The notes beneath the pieces are model-generated. The model was not told the DNA's origin. It worked only from the letters and a program-made list of their open reading frames with translations, and ran no database searches. Source: the human T2T-CHM13v2.0 reference genome, Homo sapiens. From it: a stretch of 64,000 bases of DNA. Position numbers and translations under genes: made by a program. Shown here in pieces: positions 49,601 through 64,000 of the stretch. The stretch lies in assembly GCF_009914755.1 (NCBI RefSeq), contig NC_060930.1; one strand, 5' to 3'. The number at the start of each line of letters is the position of its first letter. The first letter of the stretch is position 1.

Positions 49601-51245
49601 AGGTATAGTTGCACATACATTGGGGCACAGAAAACATTCTTTCTGAGACTCAAACATGAGCCCACTCATTTCTTGTTCAGCTACTCTATTCCTGGCATAT
49701 AGATATGAAGGCTTATAAACAATCCTGGCCTGGGAACTTAAAATCTGTGTGATGAAGCCAAACACAGTAATAATAGCATCAGTGACCAAAACAGTGTATT
49801 CATTACAGAACCTGAAAGTGCTCATCACTTTGTGGAATTTTGGTTAAAATGTCTTACTACCCATTCACAGGTAGCTGCCTCCTGAGAGAGGCCCACAACA
49901 CGGGTAGTGGAGGCATAAAAAGTCCTTCATTTCTCAACAATGAGAATGAGAGGGTAGCCATTGGTGGAAAAGACAGTGGGCTTCCAGTGGGCCGAAAGGA
50001 GAAAGAAGTGGTCACTGATGTTCCAGGCTGGAGTGAGCCCATATAGACACCCATGATATGGGGATGCAGAAGAGAGGGCAGCCCAGGAATTCTGGAGAGG
50101 CACCGCACTCAGATACAGCCCAGCGTGACCCAGGGACAAGAAGGGAGTGATTGAAAGTCGTTAGAGACAGCATTGACCCTTACTTCACTCACTGCTTCCC
50201 ACAGAATTCCTAGCAATCAAGACACTCCTCCCACTGCCCAGGCAGGGGGACAGAAATTTTATCTCTGCAGAAAGGGAAGCGCCAGAGACAGGCCTCTGGA
50301 CACTGACATCTGGGGCTACCCCCAGAAGAATGAGAATACCCTTCCTGAGCACCTTAGGGACACATTTCGTTAGGGTTGTTTTTTTTTTGTGGGTGGGAGG
50401 CAGGCTTGGGAGCCGTGTTCTGTGTGAGGGTCGTGATTGGATGGTGTGGCCCAGCAACAAGTCGCATCACCCAAAGGAATTGGGTGCATTGGATTGATTG
50501 TCTGAAGCCTGCCAACAATGATTTTGGGTAGCAGTTCTGTTAGAAAAGCCATGAAATTATATTATGGAAATTGGACCAAGCCCATCGCCATTTAGTTCAT
50601 TGCTTTATAACCAGCTCATGAGGTTAAAAAAAAAGGAAGTCGACGTTAAAAAGTTCCATTCATTGGGGTGGTGTAGACTCTAACTTTTGTCTACCTTTGT
50701 TTGCTTGCCTGCTTGCTTTTTGTTTTGGGATCTAATTTATTTGTAATTATTTGTCTTGTATGTAGTAACCATCACTTGCCCCCTAACCATTGAAAAGAGA
50801 ATTTCTTGACGAGTTAAATCAGAAGCCGTCTCTTACTCAACCTTACCAAATTCTTTCTCTCCCGGTTGTAATTTATTGCACCAGCTGCCTCCCCACCTGC
50901 CAATTCTCCTTCAGATATGCCTCCTCTGCAGCAACACTTAAGATATTTTTATTAGAATTAGAAAGTGTAGCAAATTATGTTTATTTTTCCTTTCCCTATT
51001 GCTTCTATACAAAATCTCCCCATTTATTTTCTTTGAAACTATTTACAAGCGATTGCTTTAACCCTGCTCCCCCAGCATACCTGTGTTTATGTTATCTTTC
51101 TTTTATTACAATACATTGAGCTGGCCCTCAGGTGGATTCCTCATTTTGATATTATTGACACTTCTTTTATCTTTACTGGACTGCTTCTCTGTGTGCTTTT
51201 TTGACAGTCATCCTGTCGAGGTTTTCTTTCAATCTGTTTGACACA

Positions 51246-53220
<1,975 letters not shown>

Positions 53221-55539
53221 TAATGATTTCAACAGCTATTGCTTAGTAGCTATGGAGCAAAGAAGTACAAATTTGTATGTTTGCTAGATTGGGAATATAA
53301 TTAGTGAAATCTAGAAGATACTTTTACAGTTGCTTTTGATGAGGTCTTATGGCCAGTTACATTATTATTCAATGGTATCTTAATTTCAAGAAGAATGTAG
53401 ACTCACAGATACGGGACTAATTAAAGTGGAAAGGCACATTTACAGATAATCACAGTCTGCTTTTTTTGTGAGGCACATGAGTAGAGTTTCAACTTACACT
53501 ATTGTTAAACCTATAATGGCATATCCATAGCCCTCTGTTAATCATTTTTTTGCCTCTTAGTTTATTTTCATATTTCCTTTGAAAGAAAAATACTAATAAA
53601 ATTACATAAAGGATTTCTTTTCATAATTTTATGATCTAGAAAAGTAATTAACATATAAGTCCATTATAGCTAAAATTATACTGAAAATATATCTTCACAC
53701 ACCTCATACCACTACTACAACATATATTTGCCTGAGTTCCTTTCCTCTCCGCCCCCCAATTTCGTCAAAGCAAAAGGACCATCCCACTACAGAGTAAAAC
53801 CCTAGGTAGATAGAAACAAAACAGCCAGGGAAGATCTAGAAATCCAGTTAGAGCCAGCATAGCACAAGATAATCAGTCTTTAAAAGAAGTCACATATTTA
53901 GGTTTTGCAAAACGTTTTTAAATTTTTTTACTTTAGATATAAAAGGCCAGACTCATTTTTCTAGATTATATCTCATATATTTTGAGGTTTCACATTTATG
54001 AAACAAAACCATAATTTCCTAAGTGTACAATTTCTTGAAAGCATTTCAACAAACATTTAAGTTTTAGTTTTTGTTAAGGAATTTCACCAAAGGCCTCTTT
54101 CTAAATCTTTTTTTTTTTTTTTTTTTTTTTAGCTGAAGTTACTATTTTCCAACTACATGGTACAACACGCAGGCAACTCTGGGCATGTGCACACAAGTGC
54201 AACACACAGCCTCAGTGTTATGGGCAGAAAGCTTATTCACCAAAGACCTATTTTTAGATGAGTGCTGTGCCAAACTATACTGTTTCATTTTTTTAGGTTA
54301 AGAGCAATATTTCATGTAAAAAATGTTTTTAAAAATGCATTCAAGCTTTCTTGGGAATAATCCAACTGTTTTGCTAAACCTTCCCCTTTCTTCGAGGGTA
54401 CAGAAGTACAAAGAGTATATTCAATTTGTTACATAAAAGAATACTCAAAGAAGACTGAAGCCACCTCCAGTTAGCAAGTTCTTTGCCATTCAGGTAACAA
54501 TTCATCACAGTTTGACAAGATCACTTTTTAAATTTAGGCTTAAGAAGGAAGGCAGAAATAGCTCTGGGCAGAGAGGAAAGGTTCACATGGATGTATATAA
54601 TGCATTGTGGTTTGATATTTTACCCCACACCCATATTATAAATAAACACGACTGAAGTACAGTGTAAAAATCCTCCAAATAGTCACTGTGCTAAAACTAA
54701 GCATGTGTGCTATATTAAGAGAAGTGGTATCTACGGTACTTTTCATGATAAAATGCTTCTTTTCCTTTCCCCTCTCAAAAAAAAAAAAAGACTTTACGAA
54801 CTTCTTCATAGTGATTGTATAGTTTGTAATTTGAAGTTCAAATTTGTAAAGTGAAGTTCAAGGTTAGAGGAGTGCAGTCAATTTTCATTTACAAACTTTG
54901 TAGATTTTGTGTAGGTAGTTTGCTTTCTTTGGCAATCATTTAAAATCTGGCTGGCCTCTGCTTGCTGGCCAAACACTTCCTGGGATTTCTCTCCTTCCAG
55001 AGACCTCTTTAAATTTCCCTAGAGTGTTTGCAAAAAGAACTGCTTTTAAAGATAGGCAAACCTACCTACGAGAAAGGAGCAAATGCCTGGGATATCTGAA
55101 GTTAATGCGTGTTGTTTTGGTAATCTGCTATTTTGAATGATGACATGAGCAGGCAGTGTGTCATTCACGGAACCAGCCCTGGTGCCAGTCTCCTACCAGT
55201 TTGTTTACCTCCAGCTCCTCTAGAAACAAGTTAAATGATGACTCAGGCCTGGTGTTGTGCTATATTTTAGCACTTAAAATGATTCAACAGAGTATATATT
55301 GATTTTATAGTTCCTTTGTAATGAAACCTTGGGAACCATTGTGTTTTTTAAATATAAACAAATGTATGTATTATTACCTACCTCGTTGAAATCAGCAACT
55401 GTCAGGAAGCTTAAAACAATGATTCCTTTTTGGGAGTCCCCTTTTGGGAAACCAAAGCCCCATTATTTTACTTGCTCGTATACTAATATCACACTGATTT
55501 GGGATGAGAATTAACCACATGTAATATCTGCAACAGCCA

Positions 55540-56478
55540 TTCTTTCATTAAACAAATGTGTCCTGACCTCCTATTCTGTATCAGGACCATGTCAGGGGTG
55601 AGGCATGCAAAGGTGAAGGAGGTAATCCCTGTCCTCCAGTAGGTCACAAACTAAGAAGGAAAAAAAAAAAAAAAAGCTAAGGAGGGAAACTGAGCCATAG
55701 AGAAATGATTAAAATAGGGTTTAGAATATGCAAATGTTAGTGTGTGCACAGGGTTTTCTGAGAACACAGAGAAGATTGGTCTGGGTGGGGCAGGCAAGGA
55801 AGGTTTCCTAAGCAAAGACGCCTGAATTGAGTCAAAGGGGATGAGCACCAGCACGTGGCCAACCAAGCAGGGGGAAGACACGTGTGGGAAGCGGGTGGTA
55901 CTGGCAGTGGGGACAGGCCCATGGGACACAACAGCAAATGCACTAAAGAGCGTGATGCGCCTGAGGACCTATCAGTAGTTTGGCCCTGTTGGCACACGGA
56001 GTGAGAGATAAGGAGGAGCAAGCGGGGGAGTTGGAAAGGTCGGCGGGGCTGGTGCATGGAGGCTTTGGGACTTTAATCAACTTGGACTTCATCTTTAGCC
56101 CATAGGAAGCCCATCAAAAGTTTTAAAGCAGGGGAGTCATGTGGTCAGAGGTGCATTTTAGGTAGATCAATGTGTAGAGGACAGAACTGAAGAGAGCAGG
56201 ACTGGACCCTGGAGAAGAGCTGGGAGACTCTTCTAGTAGCCAAGGTGAATGATGAACTAGATGGTGTTAGGAGTGGAAGGGGAGATGGCCTCCAGAAATG
56301 ACAACCTTCAGATCAGCAGAACTTGTTGAGTGATGAGATATGAAGGGTGAAGGAGCAAGAGCAGCCAAGAGTGACTCGAACCACTCGAGCTCAGAAGAAC
56401 TGACGGCTGGAGAGACAGGAGCAGGGAACAGGGTCCATTTTGAGGGCAGATGATGGGAGAGGCTTCCCCTCCACCTCC

Positions 56479-56533
<55 letters not shown>

Positions 56534-56740
56534 TTACATCTTTGTCTTGCTCCCATAATGCGCCATACCGTCCCCACAAGAACATTGTAGCACTTCATTT
56601 TAATTACTTCATTGTCTGTCTTCCTCACTAGACTATAAGCTAACTGACAACATGAATTGTGTTTGCTTTCTTCATTGTTCATTCCCAGAGTCAGCAGACT
56701 GCCTGGCACACGGTAGACATTAATAAATATGTATTAAAGG
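55540..56740. mobile_element. L2 fragments
   Basis: ttcattaaacaaatgtg; tttaagcaggggagtcatgtggtcaga; gcctggcacacggtagacattaataaatat. Confidence 0.65.
56482..56531. repeat. (AC)n microsatellite
   Basis: Read directly from the sequence. Confidence 0.97.
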
Positions 56741-57091
56741 ACTGTGTTCCATTTCAGATCATAATTAAGAATCAGCCATATATTTTCAGTTAGTTTTTTG
56801 CAATATTTTTATGACAGCCTTGTTGGAGTTGTTTAATAAAGAGACTCCATCTCAAAAAACAAAAAGAAAGAAATTTCTGCTCTTTATAAATTACCCAGTC
56901 TTGGGTATTCTGTTATAGCAGCACAGAGGAGACTAAGAAAACATTAGGCACTTTATGGAGTCAAAAAAAACCCAGAAAACCAAAAACTTAGAAAAACAGA
57001 AAGCCCAGACTCTGAGTATCATTGCCATTAAACTGTTTCCCAATGTTTTGGATGTATACAGGCTCACTAAATAAAAAATAAATCTATTCAA

Positions 57092-57410
57092 GGTCGGGCA
57101 CGGTGGCTCACGCCTGTAATCCCAGCACTTTGGGAGGCTGAGGCGGGTGGATCACCTGAGGTCAGGAGTTCCAGACCAGCCTGGCCAACATGGTGAAACC
57201 CCATCTCTGCTAAAATTACAAAAAATTAGCCGGGCATAATGGTGGGCACCTGTAATCCCAGCTATTCAAGAGGCTGAAGCAGGAGAATGCTTGATTCTGG
57301 ATGTTGCAGTGTGAGCCAAGATTGCGCCATTGCACTCCAGCAACAAGAGTGAAACTCCAGCACGGGAAATGAGCAAGAAGGTCAAAAAAAAAAATTAATA
57401 AATAAATCCA
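57092..57410 (+). mobile_element. AluS (rearranged 3' end)
   Basis: Dimer; TSD aataaatc(t/c)attcaag. Confidence 0.88.
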
Positions 57411-58394
57411 TTCAAGAGTGGCATTTGCTGTTTTCTGTGTGGCTCCCCATTGTCTTATGACCCCAGTGGTTGAACAAGGTAAGAAGTGGGTCCAAAGAAG
57501 ACGTCAGCATCCATCGTGTGCTCCATGAGTGCCTGCATTCTCCCCAAAGCCGCTCAGTGTGTGCTGCAAGCTCTCTTTTGTTGCCAGTGCCTGTCCATCC
57601 CTAAAAAGCCTCGCATTGATTCTGCTTCTAAATGGTTTCCCCTTTTTGCAAAGCATCATTTATACCCCCAGAGAAAAGAATGTGAGCTCAGAGGCGTCTT
57701 TGTCCAAAGAAACTTTGAAGGCAGATTCCTTGAGCTCTCAAGACATTCCACAGTCAGTAGTTCCTTTCCTCATGGGTGCATGTATTTAACTCTGGCAGGA
57801 ACCTTTGACATGTTTTTTCCATAGTTCCTTTTATTGTGATTTCCTAGGTACATTTCAGTGTCAAAAATGTAAGTAGAAAAGAAAGTATGCAATATTCTTG
57901 CTAGGTTTCAAACAAACGAGAAACTCTTGTTTTACATTTTTTTGATAATTACTTTCTTAAGAAAACTATGGGTATACCTTGCTTGCATGGAAAATGTGTT
58001 ATGAAATAATGTGTACAGATTACATTTCTGTGAATCAAATCCTTCTAGGTGAGACGGTTAAAGGAGTTTGTTTTGCTCTTTGTTTTAAAGTGAAAAGTGT
58101 ATTTTATAGGGCAGTCTCTTAACTTGCCTGTGTGCTAATCCTATGCATTATTACATCAGAATAACTACTTCCTCTGACCCTGACCCTGACCCAAGCAAGT
58201 CATGGCTACTTCTTCACTTTGATGACCATTAGGGTCTCCTCACCAGCCCCTTAATTCCACCCTTGCTTTTAGTACAGCATCCTTAGTGATCCCTTTAAAA
58301 CATAAATACATTTTAAAACTTAACTCCTCTATTCAGAACACTCCAACAGCCCTCCATTTCCTTCAGAGTGGAATCCAGAGTTCCTACAATTGCA

Positions 58395-58950
58395 CTCACC
58401 TTTTTGACCCAGCAATCCCATTACTGGGTATATACCCAAAGGGTTATAAATCATTGTATTGTACAGATATATGCACACGTATGTTTACTGCAGCACTCTT
58501 CACGATAGCAAAGACATGGAACCAACTCAAATGCCCATCAATGATAGACTGGATGAAGAAAATGTGGTACATATACACCATAGAATACTATGCAGCCCTA
58601 AAAAGGAATTGAGATCATGTCCTTTGCAGGAACATGGATGAAGCTGGAAACCATCATCCTCAGCACACTAACACAGGAACAGAAAACCAAACACCGAATG
58701 TTCTCACTCATAAGTGGGAGCTGAACAGTGAGAACACATGGATACAGGGAGGGGAACAACACACACTGGGGCCTGTCAGTGGGGGTCGAGAGGAGGGAGA
58801 GCACCAGGAGAAATAGCTAATGCATGCAGGGCTTGATACCTACGTGACAGGTTGATGGGTACAGCAAACCACCATGGCACATGTTTACCTATGTAACAAA
58901 CCTGTACATTTTGCACATGTATCCCGGAACTTAAAGTAAAATAAAAATAA
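58395..58950 (+). mobile_element. L1PA 3' end (ORF2 C-terminus + 3'UTR)
   Basis: FDPAIPLLGIYPK..CTRMFTAALFTIAKTWNQ..KKMWYIYTIEYYAA; 3'UTR ending cttaaagtaaaataaaaataaa. Confidence 0.93.
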
Positions 58951-59446
58951 ACACACAGGCACTGGCTGCTCCCTCCACCTGGAATTCCTTCCCTACATAC
59001 CCACATGGCCATTCCCCTCATCTCTTTCAAGACTTCCCTCAACTTTCACCTTCCCAGGAGGCCTGCTGTGACCACTCTGTGTAAAACTGCAGTCCCCGCT
59101 CACCCCCTTCTCCTCCTCTTTCCCTTCTCTCTTTTTGGGGCTTACCTCCTTCTAATACACTACCACGTATTTGCTTACTTATGTTTAGTGTCCTCATCAC
59201 TAGAATGTAAACTAAATGAAGACAGAATTGTTTCCTATTTGGGTGGCTGCTATGTCTGCAGTGCCTAGCCTGGTGCTAGTACAGAAAAGAAATCCAAACA
59301 TTTATTAAATGAACAAGTGAATGAGTTCATTGGGTGTTTTTCATGTGTAATCTAAACAGAAGCAAATTTTAATTTTCTGTGTAGTTTTAAACTACAAGAA
59401 GGGTAAAGTCCATTAATGTGTGTATTTGGAAAAGTAGATTTTGTAA

Positions 59447-59712
<266 letters not shown>

Positions 59713-60384
59713 CTAGAGAGAACATTCTTTCTTTCTTTTTCTTTATGCTGGTCCAAGAATTTCCTAAACCTGGGTAGGCATAAGAGATAGTAGCAAGAAA
59801 GCCCCGACTTAGGGCTTGGTCAGAGCATTTGACCACTCTCAGGTTTTGACTCGGTAAAATATGCGTAATGATAGCTGCTATTGTTGTGAGGATTAGAGAT
59901 AATGTACATGAAGTGCCTGGCCCACCTCGATGACTACTCCCTAAATAAGCTTTATGACATTCTCTGGATCTGTCCTCAGCAGTCCCAACAACTTAAGACA
60001 TCTAGAGAGCAAACAAACAAGCAACCAAACAAAAAACTCCTGTTTCCTACCCAGAGCTCTTTGCCCGCCACACCCTGAGGAGCTCTTTTAAAGACTGCGT
60101 AGTGAGGACATCAAAGCTATGCACCATCCTGCAGTTAGGGAGGAACAGTGAGTCAAGGACCAGATCCTCTCCCCTGGCCCAGGATAAAGCAACTGCTTCC
60201 TTCTGTAGACTTGGTGCGGCTTGCATTTTGCATCTGTGGGTTTTGATGTTTTCGAGTCTTTTCCTTGTATCATTGTCCCACAGTAGTCCTGTGACATAGA
60301 TAAGGCAGCTACAGATACTCTCAGCAACAGGCTCCAAACGACTTGCCTGTGGCCACAGGGTGTCCTGGACTTCAAGTGAGTGCC

Positions 60385-61700
60385 CATTTCTGCAACAAAT
60401 ATTTGACTCCCTGTTTTCTGCCAGGCGCTGTTCTAGGCACTGAGAAGAAAGTAATGTCTCTGTTCTCATGGGACATACGTTTTAGGGGAGGGGAAAGGGA
60501 CAAGAAGCAAATACAAGTAAATATGCAACAGGCCAGGTCCACAGAGTGACGGGCTGCAGAGGTGCTGGGGATTGGCATTTGACGGAGAGAAATCAAGTAA
60601 AGCCTTGCTGAGAAGATGACATTTGGGAGGAGACTGAAGAGTGTTGCAGTGCCGATGTGGCAAGGGCAAGGGCCCTGAGGCAGGACCACACCTGGATGCC
60701 TGAAGCACAACAGGGAGGCCAAAGAGGCTGGAGCTCGGTGGGTAGGTGGGAGAGAGTCGGGAGAGGTGCTCAGAGAGCACGCAGAGGATCAGGGCTTGCC
60801 TGCCTCTCTAGGCCATCATAAGGTTGGGTTTTTACTGTAAGTGAAATCAGACGGAAAGCACTAAGGGTTTTCAGAAGGGGAGTGACAAAATCTGACCTAC
60901 CTGTTATCAGAATCATCTGGCTGAGGCCACCCAGACAGGAGGGAGCCAAAGGGAACCAGGCAGAGCAGCTTGCAACAGGTGCAGCCGGGAGGTGTTGGCA
61001 GCTGAGACCAGGCCTGTGGCCACGGGGTGTTGAGAAGTGGTTCAATTCTGGCTATATCTTGCAGGTAGAACTGGAAGATTTTGCTGAAAGATTGGACATG
61101 GCATTCAGAGAAACAGAGATTTTAATGACAAACTCCAAGTTTTTGGCTGGAGCAACTGGAAGAATGAGGTTGCCATGAACCGAAAAGAGAGATTGCAGGT
61201 GGAGCAGGTTTTTGGCGTTTTGTTTGATTGTTTCTTCAAGGGGTGTAGGCGAAAGCAGGAATTAAGCTTGGGGCATGTGAAGTTTATTAGATATACAAGG
61301 GGAGATGCCTCACAGGCATGCTGGTAAGATGCTGGTAGGAGCCCAGGGCCTCATCTGATATCGGGATTCATCAGTGTTTAGAGTGTAGGGGTTGCTTAAA
61401 CCCATGAAAGTAGAAGAAATCATCTTGAAAGTGGTGTAAATAAGGCAGCAGCCAGAGGTTGCAATGCGGTAGGACTCCAGCATTTGCTGGTTAGGGGAGG
61501 GAAGGAACCGGCACTGGAAGCTGACAAGGTGTGACCCATGGCAGGAAGAGAGCTGGGGAGGGATGGTGTCCGGGAGGCCAGGGAAGAAGGTAGGGGGTGG
61601 GGTGACCTCTGTCTGTCACATGGTGCTGATAAGTGAAGCACCTGAGGTCCAAGATGTGACCATCCTTCTAGCAATGTGGAGGTAGCTTTGGTGAGTGAAC
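60385..61700. mobile_element. L2 fragment
   Basis: caacaaatatttgactccct..ccaggcgctgttctaggcactga; gagaagtggttcaattctggctatatcttgcaggtaga. Confidence 0.75.
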
Positions 61701-61899
61701 CACCCATTCTTTCTCTTCCCAATATAAAAAAACAAAAACAAAAACAAAAACACGAGATTAAAGTCTCAGGTTTTATTGGTAAAAATTAAAGCTTCAGACT
61801 TTAATATTATTTTTTATATTGGCAAGAGAAATAAATTGTTTTCTATATTGGAAAGAGAAATATTTTCAAGAATAAAAAATCCAAGGGGGAGCTTGGATT

Positions 61900-63330
61900 T
61901 TTATTTTTAGGCTATAACTTTAAAAAATTTTATTTATAGAAATGTATAGAAACAGAAAAATTGCTCATAATCCCATCCTCCAGAGGCATTTTTATGCATT
62001 TTTTCTTATATATTTGAGACCATGTTATGCATATATATTTTGGGCATGTGGAACCTTCTTTTATAAACATAATATATCCCTAGGTCATTGAAAGCACTAT
62101 GCACACATTATTTTTAGTGACTGGCCTTCGTGTCCTACATCATGATATCCAATAATTTATTTGATTATTCCTCTTCCGCTGGATCTAGGTTCCCAAATGT
62201 TTACTCTTATATATAGTATTGATAATCACTTCCAAGCTCTCACTGGAAGTTAGTTGTTTTGGATAGCTAGCTAGAAGTGATGGAAATCAAAGGGAGTCAA
62301 GGGTGCAAACATTTAGAGCACCTGCTACATATCACTAAATTGCTTTTGAGAAAGTTTGTATGAATATACACACCTACCCAAAATGAAGGAGGGATGCCTT
62401 CTTACCACTCTCTGTTGGCTCTGCTATCATCAATTGTGTTGAAATGTTTATTTCTGATTATTAAAGCAATATTTTTATTGAAAATTTGAAAAATCAGAAG
62501 TGCATAGAGAATTTTAAAACACAATAGAAACAACAGTCTTTTAATACTTTTGGGTTTTTTTATTAATTAGAATCATACCTTATGTGTTTATACACACACT
62601 ATATATATATATATGCATATATATTTATTTCTTAATTTGGCATCACTTGGTGAAGCATTTTCCACGTCACTAAATATAATTCCCAAACATGGCTTTTAAT
62701 GACCCTGTAGTCTTTCATTCCATTGGAGTGCTATTACTTATTTGCTATCCTCTTATTGTTGGGTGTTTGTATTAATTTTTAGTATCAAAAGTAATGCTTA
62801 CATTCAAATCATTGTATGCATCATTTGATTCTTCCATATAAGCTCCTAGGCCTGGAGTTACATGGTCAAAAATGAAAATATATTAGAAATTTTCCCCCAG
62901 AAAGACTATACTAATTTTTGCTGCTACCCACATTGTGAAAAAGGAATGCTTGTCTACTGTGGCTCCCCCAACACTGTGTATCATCAGTCATTTTTCAATT
63001 TTTTTGATAGTAGAGTAGAGATAGTTTATCAATGATGTTTGCCTTTTTTCATGAGTTTATTATGGATTACAAAGATATGGCTTTTGTTTATGTCTTTTAT
63101 CAATTTATCTGTTGGAGTCTTGTATTCTTCTTAGTTATCTGGCAAAGCCATTTACATCACAAGGGTATTGATGTTATGCCATATTTGGGGTAAATATTGC
63201 CCCCACTTATTTGCGTTGATTTCATAATGGCATTATATAATCTATAAAGTTTTAACATCTTATGTAGTCACATTTATCAATATTTTTCTTTTCTTTAAAT
63301 TTTAGAAAATTCTTTGCCATCTGAAAGTAA
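61900..63330 (-). mobile_element. Ancient L1ME-type 3' fragments
   Basis: Degenerate AT-rich antisense L1 motifs. Confidence 0.5.
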
Positions 63331-63444
63331 TGTACATCTACATGTTTATAAACTATAACTCAAGATTTCTTTTAACTGTTTTAAAAGTTATTTATTTCTA
63401 TGTATAGCTAAAGGTAACACCCTAAACTGTCTTTTTTTCCCTAG

Positions 63445-63540
63445 AAGTAACCAAATTTACTCATGTAGGCCAGGAATTTCTATGACGTGTTCCAAATTCA
63501 GCCTCTCACTGAACACTTCCAGAGCAAGGCAACATAAACA
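63445..63540 (+). other. Candidate 96-nt internal exon
   Basis: ctaaac branch-like motif plus tctttttttccctag| acceptor; ACA|GTAAGT donor. Confidence 0.45.
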
Positions 63541-64000
63541 GTAAGTGACCTATTTGAACAGTTCTAATAATGTGGGGTTTTGTTTGGGAATCAGTCAGCA
63601 TATCACAGGCTATACTGCAGTCATCAACAGCTCCCATCTCTTCTACACCTTGTCTGGAGGTGAAACCCCTTATTTCTACCTGTAGCTCATGGGCCAGAGC
63701 TAGTCACATGGCGCTACCTAATTGCAGGGGCCTGGGGAAGGCAGAGAAGCCAATGGAATGGTTTGGGAGCATCACTCTTCTGCTTCCTGCCATTTGCTGT
63801 CTTGTTGGCCCTGAGAACACAGAGTAAGCCTTTTCCATACGTGTTTTCAAATATTCCAGAATAGCAATGATATTGCCTTTCCCCACATATACCTATTGCC
63901 ATGCACACACAAACCCTGAGTCCTTGGTAGTATTCTGATTTTCAGGAATACAAACCCCTATTCTTTTGATTGTTCATTCTTTCTATGATGCAGTTTCTCA

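Noticed and set aside
54100-55018. Minus-strand terminal exon/3'UTR (acceptor ctctag near 55019)
   Set aside because: No recognisable peptide in any frame and no supporting upstream minus-strand exons.
57471-57487. 16/17 match to the KIV exon 2 donor region (16736-16752)
   Set aside because: Largely splice-donor consensus with no flanking homology; probably chance.

Overview
Repeat-rich primate genomic DNA (AluJ/S/Y, L1, L2, MIR, MaLR/ERV LTRs, Tigger/hAT elements). I find no intact protein-coding gene, RNA gene or CRISPR array. The main non-repeat content is a ~16 kb plus-strand unprocessed pseudogene fragment of the plasminogen/apolipoprotein(a) family (~2704-19013). It holds a frameshifted PLG exon 3 (PAN domain) homolog with its flanking introns, then an L1 inversion junction, then one and a half LPA-type kringle IV units (exon 1 / exon 2 / exon 1) that resemble KIV-6/7 and KIV-8. 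LPA-type kringles plus AluY point to a catarrhine genome; species and locus cannot be confirmed from the sequence alone. Downstream are a CpG-island promoter with a strong splice donor (~35.3-35.9 kb), several candidate plus-strand exons of an unidentified, probably non-coding transcript, a near full-length old antisense L1 and a candidate enhancer (~55 kb). PLG/LPA comparisons and repeat subfamily calls are from memory, not database searches, and repeat boundaries are approximate. I see no evidence for a wholly new biological system. The most interesting content is the evolutionary record of how LPA-like genes arose from PLG.
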